From positions 1 to 64,000 of IMG/VR virus record IMGVR_UViG_3300020049_008107: 64,000 nucleotides of DNA. One strand, given 5' to 3'. Shown here one piece after another: positions 48,758 through 57,489 of the stretch. Below the pieces are notes generated by a model, which searched no databases, was not told the DNA's origin, and worked only from the letters and a program-made list of their open reading frames with translations. This DNA comes from a virus. Taxonomy: Duplodnaviria > Caudoviricetes. How positions within the stretch are numbered: position 1 is the stretch's first letter; every line of letters begins with the position of its first letter. The position numbers and the translations under genes were made by a program.

Positions 48758-50372
48758 TTCCAGTTCTAGGAGTTCCGTTTACACCGTCTGATATTAATAA
48801 ATAAGAAATACCAGTTCCTATTCCAGTTGGAATAACACCTGCTGGATATAAAGAATTTGAAAAAGCTGTTCCATCATAAGTTACACCCCCTACAAAATGT
48901 CCTTGAAGAGTGTTAACTCCACCACCACCTATATTTGCAGAATTACCTCTAGTGAAACGTTTTAACCCAACGCTATCAAAACTTGTTGCTCCTGTTAAAG
49001 TAGAAGTAGTTAATCCAAAACCGCCACTAGACCATAAAGTGAAATCTCCTATCTCAATTACACCTGTAGTATAATCTATTGATTTAATAACAGCATTAGG
49101 CACACTAACGTCAGGGGTAAGACTATCGCCTACCATTAATGCATACACATCATCAAGTGATACCGTGAATGTCTTTAATGTATCATCTAATGCTGTTATT
49201 ACAATCCCCGTAATAGTAGCACCATTTAGATTACGAATTCTTTTCCCATTATAAGGACTTAGTGCATCTGAGATAACTTGACCATTCGCTTTAACAAACT
49301 CACTAGGTAATGCAGGAGTATCAGGGTTTGAATTTTCAAAAAATATCTCTGTTCCAACAGGCACACTAGTTGAAACTGGAGCAGATATTAAAGTCTTAAG
49401 CTCATCAATGGCAGCTTGAATATTGGTTGCAGTTAATCCACTAACAGTATTACGGTAGCGCATACCCAGTGCTGAATCCATTGGAAATGCTTGCGCACCA
49501 GCACCACCAGTAAGCGTTGAAGCAAAATCAAGATATGAGCCATTAAAAAACATGATGTGACCAAACAAGAAAAGCCCTGTTCCTGTAACACATGGATTGG
49601 CATTTGTTATTACATTTGCATTAAGTATTATTGCTGGAGCAGTAGCCATTGTAGTAACTAATACAGGCACAGTATTTGTTGTAATACCACCATATGCTAA
49701 TAAAACAATAGCGTCACCTTGTGCTACAACTTGACCATTCAGGTTTTTACCTATAAAAATAAATCCACCATTACCATTCAATTCAATTGCTACAGCGTCA
49801 GCATCATCTTCTACACCAATTAGGCAATCAAACAAAGTCATACCAAATGCAGTACCAACACCAGTATATATTGCTTTACTACCACCAGTAGAATTTTGGG
49901 AAGAAATTTGTGTATTTTTGTATTGAGAATCACCAGTTGTGGCTAATACGTTGTATGCGTTATATACACCACTACCAGTTTGAGTAATATTACATTCGTA
50001 AAAAGAAAGATTATGAGAAATAGTTGAGATGTGATTAACTGTATGATCCGTTGAATTTGTGAAGTTTATACCATCAAACGACATGCCGTTGTTTGTAGTT
50101 GTGTTATTAATGGTTAGTTTACCAACAACAACAACAGTATGTTTAGCTACAGCAACTAGATTTACACCATCAACAATAGTAAGATTTTCTGTGTAAGTAC
50201 CAGAATCTATTACAACAGTGCCATTAACACTAACTAAATCAATAGCACGCTGTATAGTTTTATATGGATTAACTAAATCACCAGTACCAAATGTGTCATG
50301 TCCAGCTTGAGAGACAAAGACTACATTTGATATGTTTGATTTAGAAAGCTGATCTGCAAACACTTTATCCAT
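48705..50372 (-). CDS. fibre / receptor-binding protein with beta-helix and tail-collar domain
   Basis: VFVSQAGHDTFGTGDLVNPYKTIQRAID, GLTATNIQAAIDEL, VPVGTEIFF...ANGQ, PRTGSETTP. Confidence 0.7.
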   Translation of the reverse strand: MDKVFADQLSKSNISNVVFVSQAGHDTFGTGDLVNPYKTIQRAIDLVSVNGTVVIDSGTYTENLTIVDGVNLVAVAKHTVVVVGKLTINNTTTNNGMSFDGINFTNSTDHTVNHISTISHNLSFYECNITQTGSGVYNAYNVLATTGDSQYKNTQISSQNSTGGSKAIYTGVGTAFGMTLFDCLIGVEDDADAVAIELNGNGGFIFIGKNLNGQVVAQGDAIVLLAYGGITTNTVPVLVTTMATAPAIILNANVITNANPCVTGTGLFLFGHIMFFNGSYLDFASTLTGGAGAQAFPMDSALGMRYRNTVSGLTATNIQAAIDELKTLISAPVSTSVPVGTEIFFENSNPDTPALPSEFVKANGQVISDALSPYNGKRIRNLNGATITGIVITALDDTLKTFTVSLDDVYALMVGDSLTPDVSVPNAVIKSIDYTTGVIEIGDFTLWSSGGFGLTTSTLTGATSFDSVGLKRFTRGNSANIGGGGVNTLQGHFVGGVTYDGTAFSNSLYPAGVIPTGIGTGISYLLISDGVNGTPRTGSETTPNYADGVWIKKIK

Positions 50373-50379
50373 TTATAAA

Positions 50380-51309
50380 TTAGTAAAGGAATGGTGCTCT
50401 TACAACAATTCTTTCACCAACTTGAATCTGTGGGATGAAATGGAATCCAGTAGTTGAGTTGTAAACAACAGTTACTTCTTTTTGTTGTTCAACCCCATTA
50501 CGAGTAACAACTACTCTAGGATTATCTCTGAATTCTCCAGCAGAAGCAGGTAAAGCAATTGTAGCATAATCAGAATTTGAATCAGGAGTTGAAACACCAG
50601 TACCACCAGTGCCCGCAGCCAAATCCCAAACGTCGCCAGTAGGGAATGCAGTAGTAACGTCATAACGAGCTTCGAGCATCTTAACAGCAGCTTTTAAATC
50701 AACAACATCTCTCTCATTTGCACCATTTTCTTTTACAAGAACTGGAATGTAACGCCTTGCAACAAGGGTATTTCTTTTAAATTCATAGACTCCAGCAGGG
50801 ATTTGAACAGGAGTTAATACATCAGAAGAGGAGTAATAAACAAAAGAAATTTGGATATTTTCAGAACCAGAAGCGGCAATTACATCAGAATCCGTAACGG
50901 TACTTGAGCATTGGATAAGACCATATACTTTACGTTCAGTTCCAGAATCATCATAGGTAACTTCGTTGTTAGTTACTGATTCGCGAAGATCAACAAGGTT
51001 TAAGATATTACCAGATGAATCAGCAACAGAAGTTGCAGCAGCAGCACCAACAACACCAGCAAGAGCAGCAGCAACCACACCACCTTGATTTGATAACCCA
51101 ATGGCAGCAATAGCACCTTTAGAAATAACAGAGCCAGCAGAAAAATGAGTTGGAGCATTTAGTAATGCCACATCAGCAGCAGAACCAAGTGTAACTTTAT
51201 TTGTTGCGTTAAATGGTTGTTCTCTTACAACCCTCGCATTCAAGTAGTCTTCAAGACCAGCGAAATTACCTGTAAGTATTCGTATCTGCTCTTCTGTTAG
51301 TCTATCCAT
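50380..51309 (-). CDS. virion structural protein
   Basis: 309 aa, Ala/Ser/Thr-rich, beta-rich; AGAGG RBS. Confidence 0.55.
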   Translation of the reverse strand: MDRLTEEQIRILTGNFAGLEDYLNARVVREQPFNATNKVTLGSAADVALLNAPTHFSAGSVISKGAIAAIGLSNQGGVVAAALAGVVGAAAATSVADSSGNILNLVDLRESVTNNEVTYDDSGTERKVYGLIQCSSTVTDSDVIAASGSENIQISFVYYSSSDVLTPVQIPAGVYEFKRNTLVARRYIPVLVKENGANERDVVDLKAAVKMLEARYDVTTAFPTGDVWDLAAGTGGTGVSTPDSNSDYATIALPASAGEFRDNPRVVVTRNGVEQQKEVTVVYNSTTGFHFIPQIQVGERIVVRAPFLY

Positions 51310-51359
51310 AGTATAAAACCTCTTTTAAAACTTCTATTTGTTATTAAATAAGTGTTATC

Positions 51360-51965
51360 TTAGGTAAGAATTACTAGTTTTTCTGTGGCTCTTAAAATAT
51401 ATGGTAGGCTAATAGAAGTTGAACTAACATAATTAACAGCAGAACCCTTTTCCAGGTATTGACCATTTCTATATATTACCATGTGTGGAGTGTTTAAGAA
51501 AATAGTAGAAGTTGAACCAACATTACCATTATCACCAGATTTTGTATATCCAACACCAGAGGTAGTAAGCGATATAGGAGTATTAGCCGCAATATCAGCA
51601 ATTATTAGGATTTTTGTGGTATTAGCCGCAACCTTATTATCAGCAGTAGCGAGTTTTATCCATTTAGTGCCATCTGACCAAATCCAATCACCTTCATTCC
51701 AGACAGATATTCCATCAATGGTAGTAGTACCAGCAACAACGACTTTATAGAACTGATCTTTGTTTAGTAGGGTAGCAGTTGGTATAGATGGTGTGTTTGT
51801 AGAAGCGTTCCAATCAGCTTGGTAATTGCCTTGCTGTAATTTTGCATATTGAGCGGCAGATAGGTGATAATATTCACCAGAAACACCACCTTGTAGATTA
51901 GCAAGTAGATTGTGATCTATTAAAGACGGGTTTACGCCACTATTTTCTGATTCCCATATTCCCAT
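51360..51965 (-). CDS. virion structural protein (possible head fibre or decoration)
   Basis: DHNLLANLQGG..EYYHL, WNASTNTP..., GDWIWSDGTKW motifs. Confidence 0.55.
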   Translation of the reverse strand: MGIWESENSGVNPSLIDHNLLANLQGGVSGEYYHLSAAQYAKLQQGNYQADWNASTNTPSIPTATLLNKDQFYKVVVAGTTTIDGISVWNEGDWIWSDGTKWIKLATADNKVAANTTKILIIADIAANTPISLTTSGVGYTKSGDNGNVGSTSTIFLNTPHMVIYRNGQYLEKGSAVNYVSSTSISLPYILRATEKLVILT

Positions 51966-51977
51966 AAGATTAAATAA

Positions 51978-52262
51978 CTAGACCTTTGGTTTTGGGTTTA
52001 TTAATTCGTGTGACTTAAGTTTTTGATAGTCGTTATCATCAAACTTCGAGAGATACCACTCAAGAGTCTTATCAAATTCGTTTTCTGGTACTTTAAGTTG
52101 TTTTTTGAAAGCTTCTTGCCACTTCTGTTTAATCTGTGGGGAAGACAATATCTCGCGTTTTAATTCAAGTAATTTTGGGCTGATGTTATACTTAGCTTTC
52201 TTTACTTGCATTTTGTGAATAACACGCTCAACTTGAGATTTAGTAACAATTATCTTTCCCAT
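51978..52262 (-). CDS. VTKSQ-leader protein 8
   Basis: Begins MGKIIVTKSQVERVIHKMQVKKA. Confidence 0.8.
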   Translation of the reverse strand: MGKIIVTKSQVERVIHKMQVKKAKYNISPKLLELKREILSSPQIKQKWQEAFKKQLKVPENEFDKTLEWYLSKFDDNDYQKLKSHELINPKPKV

Positions 52263-52627
52263 TAGTTACCCCTTGCTGTAATAGTCATTGAACCTGATGT
52301 AACTACTAGTCTAAATGCTGTTACTGGTGTCATTGCATCAGTAGTAATAACCGAAACTGAACCTTTAGCCCATGGTTCTTTACGTGTAATCGCTGTATTA
52401 GTATCGACAGCATTCTTGATATCTTTTACGTTATCATTGCATGTCTCAACATAGCCAGTACCAGTTGGAGAAGGTGAAATTGTGATAGCAACCTTAGCAG
52501 TTTTAGGTCTAACAAAAAACCAATCTGAAGCATTACCAGAAGTAATACCGATTTCTTTACATTCATAAGCAAACTCTTCATTACTACCTTGAACTGGAGC
52601 AATAAGCATTTCAGCATATTTATTCAT
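52262..52627 (-). CDS. beta-rich structural protein
   Basis: 121 aa; WAKGSVS...PVTAFRLVVTSG. Confidence 0.55.
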   Translation of the reverse strand: MNKYAEMLIAPVQGSNEEFAYECKEIGITSGNASDWFFVRPKTAKVAITISPSPTGTGYVETCNDNVKDIKNAVDTNTAITRKEPWAKGSVSVITTDAMTPVTAFRLVVTSGSMTITARGN

Positions 52628-52935
52628 TAATAACCCTCAGATTCTGTATTAATTAGCCACGCTTTACTAAGGCGATTTAAATCTATATTTAGTTTATGTG
52701 TATCTTTTAAATTCTTCAAATCTTTTATTGTTTGATTAACTTGTGTATTATACTTGTTTATGACATCAAAAACCCTTGCTGCTTCATTTTTAAATTTTTT
52801 GATCATAAAACCATCAGACACATAATCAGTGTCAATTTTTTGTGGTTCTTTTGTTCCCAAATCTTGAATGGTTAAAGATTTATTAACCAACCTTCGTAGC
52901 TGTGATTTTGTAACTATAAACTTTTGTTCTTTCAT
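52627..52935 (-). CDS. VTKSQ-leader protein 9
   Basis: Begins MKEQKFIVTKSQLRRLVNKS. Confidence 0.85.
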   Translation of the reverse strand: MKEQKFIVTKSQLRRLVNKSLTIQDLGTKEPQKIDTDYVSDGFMIKKFKNEAARVFDVINKYNTQVNQTIKDLKNLKDTHKLNIDLNRLSKAWLINTESEGY

Positions 52936-53232
52936 TTAATTTGTACCTATAAACCTAATTAGTTCGTCAAAATTGTTAGAATCAGTAACATTCAATCTAC
53001 TACCAATACCAGTAAACCTAGTCTCGCCATCATTCATCTTAAAAATAAATAAGACTATTCTACCATTTTTAGACCTTGCATCAAACCTAGATGCATTTTC
53101 AATACCATGTACTTGATAAACCCTTGGTAGAGTAAAATTCTTGTTAATCTCTATATTGGTATAGCCAGAAAGCTTCAACATATTCTTTACATTTTGTAAA
53201 GAAAAATCCTTTTTAACTATACTTGAGATCAT
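52936..53232 (-). CDS. hypothetical protein
   Basis: 98 aa. Confidence 0.6.
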   Translation of the reverse strand: MISSIVKKDFSLQNVKNMLKLSGYTNIEINKNFTLPRVYQVHGIENASRFDARSKNGRIVLFIFKMNDGETRFTGIGSRLNVTDSNNFDELIRFIGTN

Positions 53233-53651
53233 TAAGGATTAAGTTTACTTCCAATAGAATAATAGTAATGAATACGCCTTAATTCTCCTGTAGGAGTCCG
53301 TACATGCAAAGCGGTAAGGTCTGAAAACCCACCACTAAAACCATTAGTGACTGGTATCCAAAGGTTGTTGTTGTTAAACATTACCTCGAAGTTAGTAAGG
53401 TCGCCAGCTTTAATTTTAGGAATGACCGAATCATCTTTATCTTCAAAAGTTGCATAAATACTAACAAATGTTAGTCCATCAAACTTAGCTATATCAATCG
53501 CTTGTGAGACAAGTGGAGCAATGAGGACAAAATCTTCAATATCAACACCCTCATTACGTTCAAATAGCATTTGAGGAATAGTTATATCCTTTGGGGTATT
53601 ACTGTCAGTTTGTTTTTGAAGGGTAGTAGTCAAGATGAATTTGGTAGCCAT
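53232..53651 (-). CDS. hypothetical virion-region protein
   Basis: 139 aa; TTATTTA-N5 upstream. Confidence 0.65.
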   Translation of the reverse strand: MATKFILTTTLQKQTDSNTPKDITIPQMLFERNEGVDIEDFVLIAPLVSQAIDIAKFDGLTFVSIYATFEDKDDSVIPKIKAGDLTNFEVMFNNNNLWIPVTNGFSGGFSDLTALHVRTPTGELRRIHYYYSIGSKLNP

Positions 53652-53665
53652 ACAATTAAATAAGT

Positions 53666-53899
53666 CTACTTTCTAATTCCCAATTTCTGGAATGTTCTAC
53701 CAACTAACGATTTATTAACTGGCGTATATAACCTTTCAACATATTGGTCATCTTTCCACTTAATTTGTCCATTGTCGTAAGCTCTACCAGTCGCCATACA
53801 CATTTGGCATTCTATATCCCTAAATGGTTTGCCAATATAGGTATGTAAAGTAAGATACGAGTTGTGTTTGCATTTAATTCTTTGTTGTGTTTCGCTCAT
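53666..53899 (-). CDS. small Cys/His protein
   Basis: CKH...CQMC; CGATATTA-N4 upstream. Confidence 0.6.
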   Translation of the reverse strand: MSETQQRIKCKHNSYLTLHTYIGKPFRDIECQMCMATGRAYDNGQIKWKDDQYVERLYTPVNKSLVGRTFQKLGIRK

Positions 53900-53913
53900 A
53901 CAATAATATCGAA

Positions 53914-54129
53914 CTAATATTGAAAATAATCGGCAAATCCAGATTCACCTTCGCCCAATACAAGACGAAGTTCATTTTTGAGTTGTTCTGGAGTCCAATT
54001 ATTCTTTTGTGCTTTAATCATAATCTCTTTAGTTTCATCTTCAAGTACCTTCATAAGAGCAGTCATGTCAACCGATAATTCAGTTGATTGGTCTTCTACA
54101 AGTGAAGTATTTACTGATGGAACGGACAT
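53914..54129 (-). CDS. hypothetical protein
   Basis: 71 aa; coupled start. Confidence 0.55.
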   Translation of the reverse strand: MSVPSVNTSLVEDQSTELSVDMTALMKVLEDETKEIMIKAQKNNWTPEQLKNELRLVLGEGESGFADYFQY

Positions 54130-54557
54130 TATTTCCTAAGTAAACCCAAGACTATATAAAGGAAAACGTCCATAAACTGACTATAATTCTGCTTAGTCTG
54201 TATGCGATATTCAGTCTCGAATGGATCAATGACTGTAATGGTCTTAAGGTCAAAATCTTTATATTTCAATCCCTTTTCAACTACTTGTTTGGTTGAAAGA
54301 TAAGCTGTTGCATCAACTCTTTCAAATATTCCAACTTTCTCAAGTTCTTTGGTAGTTGGATTGTATTCAATAGGGAATGCATTGAGTTCAATATAGTCAG
54401 GATTTTTCGAAACTATTGAGCCGTATTTACCACGCTCAATACCTTTACCAGAAAGACCGTAGACCTTAAGTGGAAGTTTAGAACTTACAACTATATCATA
54501 AACATCTTGAAGTGCACCCCGTTTCTCAAATTCTGTATATGGTATGGTAAATGGCAT
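54129..54557 (-). CDS. head-closure / neck protein
   Basis: 142 aa; follows the head-tail adaptor gene. Confidence 0.55.
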   Translation of the reverse strand: MPFTIPYTEFEKRGALQDVYDIVVSSKLPLKVYGLSGKGIERGKYGSIVSKNPDYIELNAFPIEYNPTTKELEKVGIFERVDATAYLSTKQVVEKGLKYKDFDLKTITVIDPFETEYRIQTKQNYSQFMDVFLYIVLGLLRK

Positions 54558-55156
54558 TATGAGGACTGAACTCCTGTTGAATAACGTTTAATTATACTTT
54601 TATATGTTCTTGCTAGGTCATTTCTTGCATTAGTCCACTTACCTTTATCGCCAAAATCGCGTGACCATGCTTGAACTGAAAGTGAACCACCACCACCTTG
54701 ATTTGCTATTGTACCTAGAACCTTGTCCGCAACAAAACAGTAAATTGCTTCTCTAATATCGATTGGATAATCGGTAAAGCCATAAGTGTACTTAACTGTT
54801 ATGTTTTCCCTTCCACGAGGAAAAGCTACTTGATTATTATACCCACGAACTATTCCAGATTTTGGCTCTATAAAATACTTACCAACAATAATTACATTAA
54901 GTAAGTTAGGGAAGGTAACCGATATTAGCTCAACAACTGGTTTACGTGAAAGAATGAGGATGTTTGAATCATTGCCAGAATGAATCTCCTCAATAGTCTT
55001 GATTTCAGTGAAAGACTGCCTAGTTATCTTCTCAATGTGATCAATAGAAAAGGCGATTCTACCTCTTAACCATTCATCGGACACACCCACATTAGCATTG
55101 GCTAAACCATAACCATCTAAAAAATTGCGTACATCCTGTGGGCTAATTTCTGACAC
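54557..55156 (-). CDS. head-tail adaptor protein
   Basis: FPRGRENITVKYTYGFTDYPIDIREAI typical of adaptor family. Confidence 0.75.
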   Translation of the reverse strand: MSEISPQDVRNFLDGYGLANANVGVSDEWLRGRIAFSIDHIEKITRQSFTEIKTIEEIHSGNDSNILILSRKPVVELISVTFPNLLNVIIVGKYFIEPKSGIVRGYNNQVAFPRGRENITVKYTYGFTDYPIDIREAIYCFVADKVLGTIANQGGGGSLSVQAWSRDFGDKGKWTNARNDLARTYKSIIKRYSTGVQSS

Positions 55157-55159
55157 AGA

Positions 55160-55546
55160 CTACTTCATTAAACCAGCAACTACACTAGAACCAACACCGA
55201 ACCTACCTAATGGATACGATGTCCCATTGGCAACAAAAACTAGATTGACTACATCAGCATTATCACCATCTACAATCTTGAGTTCACCTTTAATTTTCTT
55301 CCTTTCACCCAAAGCAGCCTTTTGCACTAGTCTTTTTAATTGTGATTTGGTAACTATTATTTTATCTTCTGACTTAGCAACCAATTTTAGTTTACCAGTG
55401 CGTATTTTATCCTTAATGTTTGCAATCATTTCTTGATATTTAGTACCATTAAGACTATACACTAAGGACTTATTATCATTATCAATTTCGATTATCTTTA
55501 ATGTACCTTGACCTGATTGTATTCTATCACCAATTTTTAATTCCAT
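55160..55546 (-). CDS. protein with an internal VTKSQ motif (member 10)
   Basis: LVAKSEDKIIVTKSQLKRLVQKA; core motif at residues 63-77. Confidence 0.8.
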   Translation of the reverse strand: MELKIGDRIQSGQGTLKIIEIDNDNKSLVYSLNGTKYQEMIANIKDKIRTGKLKLVAKSEDKIIVTKSQLKRLVQKAALGERKKIKGELKIVDGDNADVVNLVFVANGTSYPLGRFGVGSSVVAGLMK

Positions 55547-55549
55547 ATC

Positions 55550-56092
55550 TTATACCTTATATTGAATGCTATGTTCTAAGAAACCTTTTGCAAGTAAAGC
55601 ATCTCTAATTATGATATTACTTACTTTAGCAATTCCCTTTTCGAACTTGACCTTATTGTTTTCGTCAATCTCTACAATACCCTCCCACCCTTCACCTTCC
55701 ATATTATCGGTATGAGCGATAACCCAATAATCAATTTCTCGTTCTGATTTTTGAACTGGCGGTTTAACATCTGTATTGTATGGTTCATGAATAAACTTCA
55801 TATCTTCCATAGACTTGATTAATTGACCAGATGAAATTCCAGGAGGCAAATCTAAAGCAACACGACCATCTTCTAAAGTAAGGAAGATTACATTGCCATT
55901 AAGCCTAATAGAACTTCCAGATTTACCTTTTGAAGCAGCATGTGGCAAAAAGAAGTGTATTTTACCATCTTCCCACTCAACAGGTTTGGATTCGATATCA
56001 TCTTCTAATACAGATTGAGCTTGAGTTTCCTCAAGCCCATCAAGGATACTAGAAGAGGAAACCGATTTGTCAGTTTTCCTCTTAAGTGCCAT
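55550..56092 (-). CDS. hypothetical protein downstream of the capsid gene
   Basis: 180 aa; coupled to the capsid stop codon. Confidence 0.65.
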   Translation of the reverse strand: MALKRKTDKSVSSSSILDGLEETQAQSVLEDDIESKPVEWEDGKIHFFLPHAASKGKSGSSIRLNGNVIFLTLEDGRVALDLPPGISSGQLIKSMEDMKFIHEPYNTDVKPPVQKSEREIDYWVIAHTDNMEGEGWEGIVEIDENNKVKFEKGIAKVSNIIIRDALLAKGFLEHSIQYKV

Positions 56093-57486
56093 TATTCTAC
56101 CCTAAGTCCTCGTGTAACATAACTTGAATCTGCAAAACTAGGAACTAATGCACCATAGGTTTTGATAAGGAACGGAAGTTCGTCATCTGTTTTAGCTAAT
56201 TCTTCAACAGTAACTAAACCATTGAATTTAGAACCAGCAGTATTAGTATAGGCGAATTTACCAAGACCTTGGATTTTATCCAAATCCCATAACCAAACAG
56301 ACTCTGGAGCTACACTACCAGTTGCAACGTAAGGTCTGTCATCAACTTGTGTACCTTTAATTTCAGCAGTTGGAATTGTAGGATTAACGGTAAATGTATA
56401 ACCAGTTGTATCACCAGTAATTGTACCAGCACCATCGTAAGTAAATGCCGAGATAATTCTTACAAGAGTAGCAGTTGCAGCACTAGTACCGCAGTAAATA
56501 CGGTATTGTAAAGCATCAGCTTCTGCTGTCCATGTAAGGTTAATTACAGAAGTTGCACCAGTAGTAGTTACAGCAATAGGGGTACTTGCTAATTGTTCAC
56601 CATTGTATGAGCAATGAGAAACATAAAAATAATAAGTATTAGCTGGAACTGTTCCACCAGTAGTTGGTTCAGTATGTCCAATAGCACCAGTTTGGAATTG
56701 TGGTTTGGTAAATGTAGTCTCAATGATTGGGATATTACGGTAAGCATTTAAACGCCAACCACCATTAATCTCAATTTGAGTTAATCCAGAACCAGTAAGT
56801 CCTTGCATTAATCGTACATTCTCAAGAAGTCTAGAAACCTTAGATAGCATTTCAGGAGACATAACGATTGCCTTTTTATGGTGTGCACCTTGTTTACGGG
56901 TGTTGTTGTCAATCATATCGTCAAGAAATTTAAGATTTGCTGGAACTTCCCCACCAAGAGCCTTATTCTTACGATTGATAGAACCATGAATGAATGAATC
57001 TATACCAGAGAATTCAAACCCGTTTGCATCATTGTTTCCATAGTAAAGATAGAAACTTAAATCAAGTGCATGAGCATAAAGATGGTTTTCCATCTCAACA
57101 GCAGCAGCATCGATGTACTTTTCAGAAGCATCTTTTAAGAAGTTGGTAACAGCACCCTTTCTTCTGATAATACGCATTCTAACCCCATCTCTGAGGTATT
57201 GAGCATTACGAGTGGGAGTTGTCGCACCTTCACCCATAGCACCACCTTGTTTAGGAAGAGCCACTAAGCGGTTGAACTCATGCAATTTTTGGTTATCAAA
57301 CTCTGGCTCAATAATCGCCATTTCTGGCAATAGATAGAGAACAGTATTTGTGATAACTTGTTCGAGTTTTTGTGGGATGAGTGCTTCACCTTGATTAGTG
57401 ATAGAACTCAATGCCTTTTGTACAAGATTCTTGGCATTACCAGAGAACTTGTTTACTTGATTAAAGACCTGTGTGTTTGATAACAT
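56092..57486 (-). CDS. major capsid protein
   Basis: 464 aa; follows protease/scaffold; LVQK|ALSS...LIPQKLEQVIT; HK97-like pattern with an inserted Ig-like domain. Confidence 0.9.
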   Translation of the reverse strand: MLSNTQVFNQVNKFSGNAKNLVQKALSSITNQGEALIPQKLEQVITNTVLYLLPEMAIIEPEFDNQKLHEFNRLVALPKQGGAMGEGATTPTRNAQYLRDGVRMRIIRRKGAVTNFLKDASEKYIDAAAVEMENHLYAHALDLSFYLYYGNNDANGFEFSGIDSFIHGSINRKNKALGGEVPANLKFLDDMIDNNTRKQGAHHKKAIVMSPEMLSKVSRLLENVRLMQGLTGSGLTQIEINGGWRLNAYRNIPIIETTFTKPQFQTGAIGHTEPTTGGTVPANTYYFYVSHCSYNGEQLASTPIAVTTTGATSVINLTWTAEADALQYRIYCGTSAATATLVRIISAFTYDGAGTITGDTTGYTFTVNPTIPTAEIKGTQVDDRPYVATGSVAPESVWLWDLDKIQGLGKFAYTNTAGSKFNGLVTVEELAKTDDELPFLIKTYGALVPSFADSSYVTRGLRVE

Positions 57487-57489
57487 GTG

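Noticed and set aside
13903-50372. Diversity-generating retroelement acting on fibre genes
   Set aside because: No reverse transcriptase and no template/variable repeat pair seen in this window.
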